From positions 124,001 to 188,000 of the forward strand of contig NW_025767265.1 of the NCBI RefSeq assembly GCF_003918875.1: DNA of 64,000 nucleotides, in the 5' to 3' direction. Positions 36,976 through 48,245 of this stretch are shown piece after piece. Source of the stretch: Haliotis rubra. Lineage: Eukaryota. The notes beneath the pieces are model-generated. The model had not been told where the DNA came from. It did not search any database and saw only the letters and a list, made by a program, of their open reading frames with translations. Positions within the stretch are counted from its first letter, which is position 1. Each line of letters starts with the position of its first letter. Both the position numbers and the translations under genes were made by a program.

Positions 36976-38713
36976 GCTTCACAACGCTGTCCGTGTATCT
37001 ATACCTGTCACTAGAGATAACATTATGTTCCTCGGTCAGTTTGTCCTTCCCCGGCTTTTTCGTTTCGTGGACTGAGTCTCCGAGGTAATGGCTCAGATAT
37101 TCACATGACATGGTTACGTTGCCTAATGGGATCGAACTGGGATCGAACATAAAGTTTCATTTTAATGTAAGCGGAGTCCTTGAGTCTCTAGCACTCCGGC
37201 CTAAGTACAAGCATACAGTTTGAATGTTACATCTTACATTCTGGGCAATATCTACAATGCTTATTCTACAACTTCCTTTGAATGGACACACATAAATTGA
37301 CTTTATCTTGACATTTATGATTATCTAATCTTTGATGAGACCAGGGTTCGCTTGGGGTGTCAATCAGCAATGAAAAATAGCGGCTGGGGCACGTACAGTT
37401 GATTCAACAGCCGAACCATTTACTTGGAGTGTGAGAGTAAAAACTTACATTGGACAAGGAACGGATGAGGGATTAGGTAATCTAGAGCTGGGTCTCATCT
37501 GACAGCCAGTAAATCCAGTGCTGATCACAGTCTGATGGTCCCTTACGTCTCTGCTACCCACGCAGATATCCCGGGATACTGACTTCAATAGACCGTGGGC
37601 TGTCATGTGATTCAACTGTCCTAGTAAGGGGAATTCTCAAAAGTCATTTGTTCAATTATTTGGCAGTGTTTTTTGTTTATAATTAACTTTGAGCACCTCA
37701 AACATACATTTGAAATTTTATAATCGTGGATAATTATTTTGAGGTGACAAAAACTCCACTTCCAGCAGTCTGAAGTAAACTATACATAGTCGTTTTTGAG
37801 ACGAACCATCCCTGAGGCTTGAAAGGGGTAGCCAGATTACCCGAATATCAACATTGTCTGTTCAGAGAAGGGTCACATGACAGGCGTGACTCAGGTAACG
37901 ACCTTGAGCAGTATTTCACCTGAATCATGCTTTACCGCCTAGTGTCGCCTGCAGCAGTCTGGGGTAACCAACGAGAACTGGGACGGTACATACAGATAAC
38001 GTACTATAACTGGGTGACGTCCCATTTAACATAACTCCGATTAATAACCTCATTACAGCATCTACACTCAGAGTGAATGTTGTGAGACGCCGCAGCTACA
38101 TTGTGTATGTAACTATTGGACCAAACAAACCAGTGACTGTAAACATCAGAATGATTCATGCCGGGAGGGCAGGACAACACGTTAAATAATATCTTATTAA
38201 AATCTTTATTTTAGAAACACTACAGATATCGTTATTATTGAAATAGACATTACGCCACAAAACACCAGACAATACATGAACACTTGTCATTGTTTAGATA
38301 TGCAGCTAACTTGGACGATAACACTGATTCGTTTTGTTATTTATATGTGAATACCTGTCAGTAATCGGTAACTTGCACATCCACACCACATGCGCAGAAA
38401 CATCGAAAATGAAAATGATAATTCTCAATGTTTCCTAACAAAAAACAAATTAAATCATACTCATCGCATAGACCAAGTTGTTCAGTCAAACGGGAGCAGT
38501 ACTGCAGTAAATAGGGGTTTACGACATTGTGTACTGTTTATCTCGGCTTTGGTCGCTACACACGTTCACAGAGGTAACAAATGAGCGTGGTTCCTAGCTG
38601 CCATGGTCCAGCACTGCGCAGTTACCGGAAATATCCTCGTAAATTGTAGCAATGTGGAGGATATGGCGTGACGAGAACACGATGTAACCACAGGGCTATA
38701 CCACACACGCGCA

Positions 38714-38745
<32 letters not shown>

Positions 38746-38787
38746 CACACACACACTTAAGAAGACTGAATTGTACACCTATATCCA

Positions 38788-38826
38788 TTATTAACGTTTT
38801 TGTTTTGGTCGAATACTGGCTTTCCG
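38788..38826 (-). pseudogene. Remnant (last ~13 codons) of a deleted UGT copy
   Basis: Reads RKASIRPKQKR** versus RKACNRPKQKRE* in copy 4, and sits between duplicates of copy 4's flanks. Confidence 0.75.
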
Positions 38827-39780
38827 CTGGGCACTGGTCCGTCCACACAAATGTCAGATCAACAACCAAACAACAAAGCACTGCCATCAACATGTTTTAG
38901 GAAAGGAAAATACTTTAACTCTCTTTTTGAGGCGTTTTCTTCCCCATCATGTCAGTAAATCATTATTGTCAAATAGGAGCGCCCATCTGAACTACAATGA
39001 AAATGGACACCTGTTCCAAACTGTCCATTAATATATTTAATTCATCACACTAAACATCTCTCTTTTTCCTCTGCGTGAATACTCTTAGTTTACTTGTGAT
39101 GTAATATATTTTTTCTCTTTGTGTATCCTCTGTGCTCCGCCCATTATCCAGCTGTGATGTTGTATAATTATTCTATTTGTCTGTAGTTATTCTTTTGAAC
39201 ACGTTTCACTTATGTTTACATATAAGTCAGATCATGCCAGTGTTTAATGTCAAACACTAATGGCCTGGCACGTCCGTGTGCCAAATACGCATTATGTCAG
39301 AAAGCGCACAAAAAATCTCCAAATCATGTCTAATCTTATTGAAATCTTTATTTTAGAAAAAAAACTGGCGGTATCTTTGTTCTTGAAATAGACATTACGC
39401 CACAAAACACCAGACGATACATGAACACATGTCATTGTTTAGATAAACAGCTGCCTTGACCATAACACTGATTCATTTTGCTATATATATGTCAATATCT
39501 GTCAACAATCTGTTAATTTCACATCTACACCAAGTACACAGGAATATGGAAATATGTAAATGATAATTCTCAGTGTTTCCCCACAAAAATATAAACTGAA
39601 TCATATTCCTCGCATTGATCGCCTTAAGGTTTAGAGTTAACCGGAAGCAGTACTGCAGTAAATAGAGTTTCAGAAATTGTCGACTGTTCTGGTTGTATCC
39701 CAGTTCTGGTCGCTACACACTTTTACAGAGCGAGCAAAGGGGCGTAGTCCACAGCTGCCTTGGTCCAGCACTTTGCGGTC

Positions 39781-40515
39781 ACACGATGTATCCTCGCAAA
39801 CTGTACTAATGTGTAGAATATAGCGTGACGAGAACACGATGTATCCTCGCAAACTGTACTCATGTGTAGAATATAGCGTGACGAGGACACGATGTATCCT
39901 CGCAAATTGTACTAATGTGTAGAATATAGCGTGACGAGGACACGATGTATCCTCGCAAACTGTACTAATGTGTAGAATATAGCGTGACGAGGACACGATG
40001 TATCCTCGCAAACTGTACTAATGTGTAGAATATAGCGTGACGAGAACACGATGTATCCTCGCAAATTGTACTAATGTGTAGAATATAGCGTGACGAGGAC
40101 ACGATGTATCCTCGCAAACTGTACTAATGTGTAGAATATAGCGTGACGAGAACACGATGTATCCTCGCAAACTGTACTAATGTGTAGAATATAGCGTGAC
40201 GAGGACACGATGTATCCTCGCAAATTGTACTAATGTGTAGAATATAGCGTGACGAGGACACGATGTATCCTCGCAAACTGTACTAATGTGTAGAATATAG
40301 CGTGACGAGAACACGATGTATCCTCGCAAACTGTACTAATGTGTAGAATATAGCGTGACGAGGACACGATGTATCCTCGCAAATTGTACTAATGTGTAGA
40401 ATATAGCGTGACGAGGACACGATGTATCCTCGCAAACTGTACTAATGTGTAACACGATGTATCCTCGCAAACTGTACTAATGTGTTTAGAATATAGCGTG
40501 ACGAGAACACGATGT
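39781..40515. repeat. 53-bp tandem repeat, ~14 copies, just downstream of UGT copy 4
   Basis: Unit ACACGATGTATCCTCGCAAACTGTACTAATGTGTAGAATATAGCGTGACGAG(A/G). Confidence 0.97.
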
Positions 40516-40610
40516 AACCACTGGGCTATACCCCACCCCACCCCCACCAACCCCCACATAATTACACACACTGAAGTAAGAAGACTGAATTGTACACTTG
40601 TATATATTCA

Positions 40611-42134
40611 TTATTCACGTTTTTGTTTTGGCCGATTACAGGCTTTCCTCAAGCAATAGCAGCACGACTTCCATATAAGGAAAACACACACATGGAGGAT
40701 GAACAGGACAAGCCCGATGACGTCCAGACACAAATACTGATACAACGGCATTTCCTGACAATACGACCTGAGATGGGCGCCGCCATATTTGAGCACATGT
40801 TCTATCCAGTAAACAGCTTCATCTTGGGGACTTCTTTCCCGGAGCTTGGTGATTTCTGCAGCTTTCTTGATTTTCTGTGAATAGGAAGAATTCTGGATCA
40901 CCTCGTTGATGTTGGAGACCAAATCGTCAACAGTAAACGTGTTCAAATCCATTTTAAAACCGAAGCCATGATATTCAAGCCTCATTGAATTATACGGTTG
41001 ATCTCCAAACATGGGAAAACCAATCATCGGGACACCTTGTAAGAAAGCCTCGTTCTGACCATTAGCTCCACAGTGGGTTATAAACAATTTAGTGTTGGGA
41101 TGGGCAAGTAAGTCCGACTGTGGCATCCAGTCAGTCAACAGTACGTTAGGTCCCACTTTGAACTTTTTGTTTGTCTTGAATATGTATTTGTAGTTGGTTC
41201 GCGAAAATGAATCCAGTAACCTTTTCGATATTTTATCTGGAAGCGACTTCACATTACTTCCAAAAGAAACAATGACCACGCCTTCTTTTGCCTTGTCCAT
41301 AAACTCCTTGTATTCCTGAGGGAGTGGCTTTGGATCAGACGCTGACAGAGATCCAATTCGCTTGACGTTGGGCAAGGTGGCTGCTGGGTAGTCAAGGAGA
41401 GGTTCAATGTCGATGAGCCAAAGCCAGGCCTTAGCTGTCAAGGCTTCCATTGAGATGTACGGCTTCTCTGGGGCATAGGCTGCTACTGGCCTATAGGTAG
41501 AGAACGGATCATAAACAAACACGTACATCACAGTCGTAATGACATTCGCAACACGAGTCAAAAAGTCCATTTTCGGTGTTCTTGGGGAAATGATGAAGGG
41601 GAACGCAGATGGAATGAAAGGATTCCGGCTAACTTGAGGCTCGAAAGCTGCCCCAATGAATATGAAGGGAATGTCCAATCTGTGGGCAATGATAGTCAAC
41701 ATTCTCGCTATGGGTACAGCATCGAATATAATCAGATCAAACTTTAACTCTTCGATTCTCCTGAATAGTTCCTGGTCACTCAGTATACTACCACAAATAC
41801 CCCTTATAAGACCAAGAGGCAAAGTAGAACTGCTTTCTTTGAAATATGCGTTAACCATGTCTTCAAGTATTACTTTGTCAAAGTCATATTTATCAACCGA
41901 TTTGTATTTCAGGATGTGGACGCCATGTGCTTGAAGGCCCTTGTGATTGGCCAGTTCAGTTGACAGCGCATTCCATACAACGTGACCACGCGAAGCCAGC
42001 TCTGTTGCCACATTCAGAGATCCCCGGATGTGACTGAATGAAGGCATGTACAGGAACAGAATCCTGGCGGCCTGAAACCCAGGCAGACACAACAGCAGCA
42101 GCACCACCACCACACTTCCGGTATCGAACCTCAT
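40611..42134 (-). CDS. UDP-glucuronosyl/glycosyltransferase copy 4 (507 aa), single coding exon
   Basis: MRFDTGSVVVVLLLLCLPGFQA signal peptide, FSHIRG, WMPQ...FGDQ signature, TM helix, KQKRE. Splice acceptor at 42154. Confidence 0.96.
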   Translation of the reverse strand: MRFDTGSVVVVLLLLCLPGFQAARILFLYMPSFSHIRGSLNVATELASRGHVVWNALSTELANHKGLQAHGVHILKYKSVDKYDFDKVILEDMVNAYFKESSSTLPLGLIRGICGSILSDQELFRRIEELKFDLIIFDAVPIARMLTIIAHRLDIPFIFIGAAFEPQVSRNPFIPSAFPFIISPRTPKMDFLTRVANVITTVMYVFVYDPFSTYRPVAAYAPEKPYISMEALTAKAWLWLIDIEPLLDYPAATLPNVKRIGSLSASDPKPLPQEYKEFMDKAKEGVVIVSFGSNVKSLPDKISKRLLDSFSRTNYKYIFKTNKKFKVGPNVLLTDWMPQSDLLAHPNTKLFITHCGANGQNEAFLQGVPMIGFPMFGDQPYNSMRLEYHGFGFKMDLNTFTVDDLVSNINEVIQNSSYSQKIKKAAEITKLRERSPQDEAVYWIEHVLKYGGAHLRSYCQEMPLYQYLCLDVIGLVLFILHVCVFLIWKSCCYCLRKACNRPKQKRE

Positions 42135-43336
42135 CCTGGACAATTGAAGCTCTCTGGAAGATAGAAAAGATATTATATTGAGTCGAGAAATATGCAACGG
42201 AGGCACCAGAAATGTGTTTCACGCATTGTATCCTGTTTGGAATTGAACCCGGGCATTAAGCGTCATGTATAAACGCGTGTTTGCCTAACCTACCCCACCT
42301 TCCTAAACGTTTCAGATGCTATGATGTTGTTAGTTTAGGTTTCCGAGTTTAGGTTGTTTGGTGAAACAAACAAAGTGGTCTTTTTACCTTCGACGTCTTG
42401 AGGATGAAATGCGTGTTTTCAACAACTGCATGAAGACTTAAACATCGTTTTATGCAAGGATGGCCCAGAAAAGTTGTTTCCTTCAGGATCTTCGGCATTC
42501 CATTTCCTTTTCGCACAATCTGAATTCCAAGTTAAATTATTGTCCTGGAAGATTCATTGCAGATAAGATTGGTTTTCTAGCAACACCCAACGTGATAGCT
42601 GTCCATAAAAGGGGGGAGATTCGACTTGAGATAGGACAGTGAGCTTGTCCCCACTCGCAGATCTGAAAGTCGCGTAACTGTCAGACCATAGCAACACTTG
42701 CTGTGATTATCGATGTGAGAGCAGTGTCATTGTAAGTCAATGTTGCCAAGATGCAGAGACGACAATAGTTCTGATTTACTCTACTTCCATCCAACTATGA
42801 TGGGTTTCACAGGTTGTACCCATGCAGGGAATGGATGCAGGGTCTTCCACGTGACCAGACATGACACTAACCTTCAGACTACCCGACATTGGCAGAGACA
42901 AACAAGATGTGATGCTTTTTAAAAAAATATTAATGATCTTCTCTTGGGCCTGGTCCATCCAAACCATGTCAAACCAACAACCGAAATACCAAAACACGGC
43001 CATCAATACGTTTACGAAAAGGAAAAAGCTTTAACTCCCTTTTTCCAGGAGTTATCTCCCATCTTGTCAGTTTGTTAGTATTGGGGAGCGCCCATCTGAA
43101 CTACAACGAAATGTACACTTGTTCCAAACTATCCGTAGATATATTCATCAGACTAAAAGAATGAAATGAATGTAAAACTGCTGCACATCTCTCTCTCTTT
43201 CCTGTTTTCTGAATACTCTTAGCTTTCTTGTGATACAATATAATCCTTCTCTTTGTGTATCCTCTGTCCTTGGTACAGATTCCAGTTGTGATGTTATGTA
43301 ACTATTCTATTTGTAAGTACTTGTTCTTTTGAACGC

Positions 43337-43480
43337 GGGCGGTGGGGTAGCCTAGTGGTTAAGGCGTTCGCTCGTGGCGCCCACATGGGCACAATGTGTG
43401 AAGCCCATTTCTGATGTCCCCTGTCGTGATATTGCTGGAATATTGCTAAAAGCGGCGTAAAACTAAACTCACTCAACCAC
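43337..43480 (+). mobile_element. SINE family A, B-box deleted, with 12-bp TSD
   Basis: Flanked by TCTTTTGAAC(G/A)C. The paralogous site at 39191 is empty. Confidence 0.88.
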
Positions 43481-43697
43481 TCTTTTGAACACGTTTCACT
43501 TATGTTTACATATAAGTCAAATCCTGCCAGTGTTTAATGTCACAAACTAAATGACCTGGCGGGCCCGTGTGCAAAATACGCATTATGTTGGAAAGCGTAC
43601 ATTAAATCTTAAATCTCCAAATCATCATCATCACTATCAGCCTTTTAGGGGACAGGGTAACCTCAGTTGTGATAACTATCAGTCCTTTCGTTGTGAA

Positions 43698-43732
<35 letters not shown>

Positions 43733-43810
43733 TATATATATATATATATATATGAATGAATGAATGAATGCTATAATCTAATAATAATATACATGCATTT
43801 ACATTATATA

Positions 43811-45322
43811 TACTAGCCACATAAAGAAACTGTGCATTGTCAAAATGTTATCCCAGTTGATAAGTACGATAACAAGTTCAAAGGTACATATAAACTTTAA
43901 TTGAGGGATCATGAGACCATAACAAGTCGGGAGAATTTCAATTGAAAAGTCAATCACAATGACGTCACGAGTCCACATGCGGGACAGGGCTCAAACGACC
44001 ATGTCACAAGCTCAATAATGGGTATGTCCACCATCGGCATTGAGAACAGCAGTGCATCGACGGCGCATAGAGCCTATCAAACGTGCAAGGAAGGCTTGTT
44101 GGATGTCACGCCAGATTCTTTCAAGTTCTGTTGCAAGGTCAAGGACGTTATCTGGCGGATGAGGAAGACGGCGTAGACGTCGATCCATCTCGTCCCAAAC
44201 ATGCTCTATCGGGGAGAGATCCGGTGAATTTGCAGGCCAAGGCAGTAAGTCAATGTTGTGGTGTTGCAAGAAATCCATAGCAACCCTTGCCGTATGAGGG
44301 CGGGCATTGTCCTGTTGGAATGTTAACCCAGGGCCATGACGTTGCAGAAAAGGAATTGCCACAGGTCGAAGAATCTGATCCCTGTAGCCCACACCAGTTA
44401 AGTTGCCCGGACAATCACCAAAGGAGTTCTTTGGCGTGCTGTTATTCCACCCCAAATCATCACGGAACCACCATCAAAGCGATTCCTCTCCAAGACACAG
44501 GCCTGTGCATAACGTTCTCCCACGCGTCTATAGGCACGTTGACGTCCATCACTATGGGAAATGTTAAACCTGGACTCAGCTGGAAAAACAACATTTCTCC
44601 ACCAAAACAAGGGTCTGCGGACATGATTTCGGCACCACATTCGGCGAGCTTGTCGATGACGTTGTGTCAGGATAGGCCGTATGGCGGGACGTCGTGGTCT
44701 GATCCCGTGATGAGGTAAACGTTGTCGAACTGTGTTGGGGTGGATACGGCGAAGTCCTGGGATGGTTCGGGCAGTCATCACTGCAGTCTGAAACCTGTGG
44801 CGAAGATGGGTCACCCTTATCCATATTTCCTGTCTTGGCGTTGTTACACGTGGACGTCCAGGACGTGGCCGATCGATGACGTCATTTGTGTTCTGGTAGC
44901 GTCTCACCAGTGCAGAAATGGTGTTCCGGTGGCAGTGGAAATGTGCAGCCACTTGTCGTTGAGACATTCCCCCACGGACCATCCCAATGGCCTCATGACG
45001 TTGGGCAGACGTGAGCCTTGGCATGCTATGCATTTCAGTAGCCGTTTAATTTTTTTGAACGATCGCATGAGCAGGGCTTGAGCTTTCCAAAGTGACAGTA
45101 TTGTGTGGCATTCATTTGCTCTGTTTCTCTTTCCCGGAATGCACGTGCAACAACGTATTGCACGTCTCAAGGACGAACCCACTGACGTCACGGAACGTGG
45201 CACGTGCATGTATGTTGGATACATGTCACTTATCTCTGAGTTTAAATCCTTATGTGTCTACACAGGTTTGATAAATTTAGATTTTAAAGTTTTGTATGCA
45301 CAGTTTCTTTATGTGCCTAGTA
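43811..45322 (-). mobile_element. Tc1/mariner transposon, both ends present, inactive
   Basis: 27-bp TIR TACTAG(C/G)CACATAAAGAAACTGTGCAT with TA TSDs. Transposase 45024-44012 has a frameshift at ~44410, and FSDES reads FPAES. QQDNARPH and WPANSPDLSPIEH are present. Confidence 0.95.
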
Positions 45323-46656
45323 TATTATACCCTTGGACTTTCAAACTGTGACTTTCAGCACCCGTGTGGACAGATCAAGTCCACCCGGACCCAAACCAAC
45401 TGGGACTTCTTGGCACGCAACTAAGAGCTAAAGTCCACTAAGTCAACAAACCCGCGAGGCAAGGCCGGGCTTCTGTTTTCGCTGAACAGGGAGAAATAGG
45501 GTCACTCTGAAAGCGCCAAGTTGATTGTGCACCCCGACAACAGAACAAGTTTACGGCAGTGTAGTCTCTCGTACAGACCCTGAAACAAATATATCCAAGA
45601 AAGCCCACACAAGTCTAGAAAATGTGGCAAGTCTAGATTTCCTCAAGAAGAAAGTCTCAGGGCTCCTTTTCATTATATATATTTTCTTTTACTATGAACT
45701 TTTTTCAGTAAAATATGTTCATTTCAGAGACTAGTTGTTAGTCTAACGGCAGTGTCGAAGTACGAGATTAGACTGGGGAGAATTCCATACAGCTGGAGAT
45801 GGCAGTTCAAACTTTAAATAAATCACATGGGTTTCCAGTACGTCTCCCCCTGAATAGTTTAATCTTCCCACGAGTGACAGGACTGCATGGGTGCATGGCG
45901 AGAGTAATGAAAGTCAATACTACTATAATATTAATGTTCATGATAGCAGGGACCATGTAAACGTCGGGTCGCCCTCGAGCCAATGCGCAGAACCAGCGCA
46001 ACGGCCTGTACTATCATCTGGTCTCTGATAATAGTAAATGTCCAACAACCCAGTCTCTACATATTTGAAGACGAAAGACAGACTCGTTTGATAAGCATAT
46101 ATGAAATTTCAAATTTTACTATTTCATGAATGTACATATTTTCTGAAAACTGTTTCTAATGCATTAAAGTAAAGTTCACAACAAACTTCAAACTTATTAC
46201 TTCAGTTTAATTGGGGCTTGGGGTTGGGAGAGGTTCTGAGTGGCATATTATGCTACGATCCTGTACGTCTTGTGTTATTACAATGAACAAATGTTTACAA
46301 CAGAACTAAATTTAACTGGAGAAAGTTTTGATAAGTCTAACAAAAATACTACACAAATATATCACCCCCTCTAGGAAGAATTTAATGTCTAGCATGCTGA
46401 TGTCAGCATCAAATAAGCGTACAACCCTAACCCTGCACAGCAGGGGGAGGGGGTCATTTTCATTGCTTTCGAAAAAAATTAACACATTAAACTTCTCCTG
46501 TACTAGCAGACTTGTTGCTATGGAAAAACACCTCCTATGACCACCGGACAGATACAGTCATGAATTCAAATTTGGATTTCAAAAAAGAGAAACATATTTT
46601 CAAAATGAATGTCTTGTAGATTCTCTGCATCAGTACATTTTGCAGTGAGTCTTCAC

Positions 46657-46798
46657 CACACGGGCGTGTCACGCTTAGAAACAGCGTTAGAAAGACATAT
46701 GGGTATATAGACCCTTTTAGTACTATATAGTACTAGGGTATGGTCTATATACCTATATGTCTTTCTAACGCTGTTTCTAAGCGTGACACACCCATGTG
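46657..46798. mobile_element. 142-bp fold-back MITE with 8-bp TSD (hAT-like)
   Basis: Near-perfect palindrome flanked by GTCTTCAC at 46649-56 and 46799-806. Confidence 0.85.
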
Positions 46799-46957
46799 GT
46801 CTTCACATCATCCTTCTGTATACTTTGGCTTAATTACATCATGAACCGGTAAGCCGATGTTTGTACTTGAATCCTGCTTTGCTTTGCATGGAAAGACAGC
46901 TTTAACCAGGCAACGTGACCACGCTCCATTAGTGTATAAGATTGTGCCCGGCCTTTA

Positions 46958-47630
46958 ATCAGAATAGTCCTGAATTCAAACTGTCCGCTAGCCACGAGAC
47001 GTCGTCTTCGCGCACAAGCGATGAATGATAAATGGACGGTGTTCTCGTGTCAACCTACGATAAACTCGCTGAAAGCTATACTCAGGGATAATGCTAAACG
47101 CACCGGTTTTCTTACCTTTCTGCAAGCGGGGTGTTTCTACATACGTCCCGAACCTATTGAGGGACTGCTGTGAGACCCACAGTGCAAACCGTAACAGCTG
47201 CCACGTGACACATCCGAGGGGTCTTCTCAAAAAGTTAAAACACCGATTATAAGATTTTCCTGTGTCTGATTGAACGCTTGTTGGGCCTGCTTTGGCAATT
47301 GACGACAAACGTTTAAATAGATACTATAACTTACACATTCACAATTCCTCTCATGAAACGATATGTTATAACAAACGAAGAAAACTGTCAGCGAGATTTT
47401 GGGATGATCCATACATGAAGGTCAATACGTTTAAAGGTTGTGAGTTCACCAGTACTTACGAATGTTGAGGCCTTTCAGTAGAAATCATTGAATACACAAA
47501 CTACACACGTGTACGGAGCTCCGTACGGGACACAAGCATCCCAGACCATTGAGACCAGATTAGCAAGATTGGGTATGTCCAGATTACCAAAGCGCCAGAA
47601 AATAAGCACTGTTCTGGACTCTATTCTGAT
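46958..47630. mobile_element. Possible non-autonomous TIR element
   Basis: ATCAGAATAG..TCC.GAA is inverted at the two ends. TSD unclear. Confidence 0.35.
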
Positions 47631-48097
47631 CATGCACTTTTTATCTTGTAGATATGTATTTTGAAATTAGATTACTCTATTTTAGGGGATACATGTTTGT
47701 CTAATTCGTTTGATTCCCCACAATGGTATCAGATGTAAAGCCCATACCTCGTGTTCCCTTCCGTGTTATTGCACAACATATTGCTGTGAGCAATGTAAAA
47801 CAACACCCCTCGCTCTCTCCTCACAAACCATCACTGCGACCCTGCAAGTATACGCATCTGGCTCTATGCGATCGTGTGTGCATTCGTTTGTGAGCTTGTA
47901 GCGGAGGATGAGAGTGTAGCCATGCCCTTACAACGCTGATGGGTCTGGGTTCAATTCCAAACAGGGGTCCATTTAATCCATAATATTTGGGCAAAATTGT
48001 TGCAATCGGCATAAATTTCAGTTACCTCCGTCATTCTCTCAAGGGTCGAACATGTGGCCTAATGCTTAAAGAATTAAAGATGAACCCCAACAATAAT

Positions 48098-48245
48098 GAC
48101 AGGTCCGTTCTCAGACTAGAAAGGTCCGTTCTCAGAGTTAACAGGACGTTCTCGGACTTAACAGGTCCGTTATCGGACTTGACAGGTCCGTTTTCAGACT
48201 TAACAGGTCCGTTCTCGGATTTCACAGGTCCGTTCTCAGACTTCC
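48098..48245. repeat. 21-bp minisatellite, ~7 copies
   Basis: Unit ACAGGTCCGTTCTCAGACTTA. Confidence 0.9.

Noticed and set aside
25695-40515. Tandem arrays (86, 83, 53 bp) as CRISPR arrays
   Set aside because: Units are contiguous with no unique spacers, there are no cas genes, and the context is eukaryotic.
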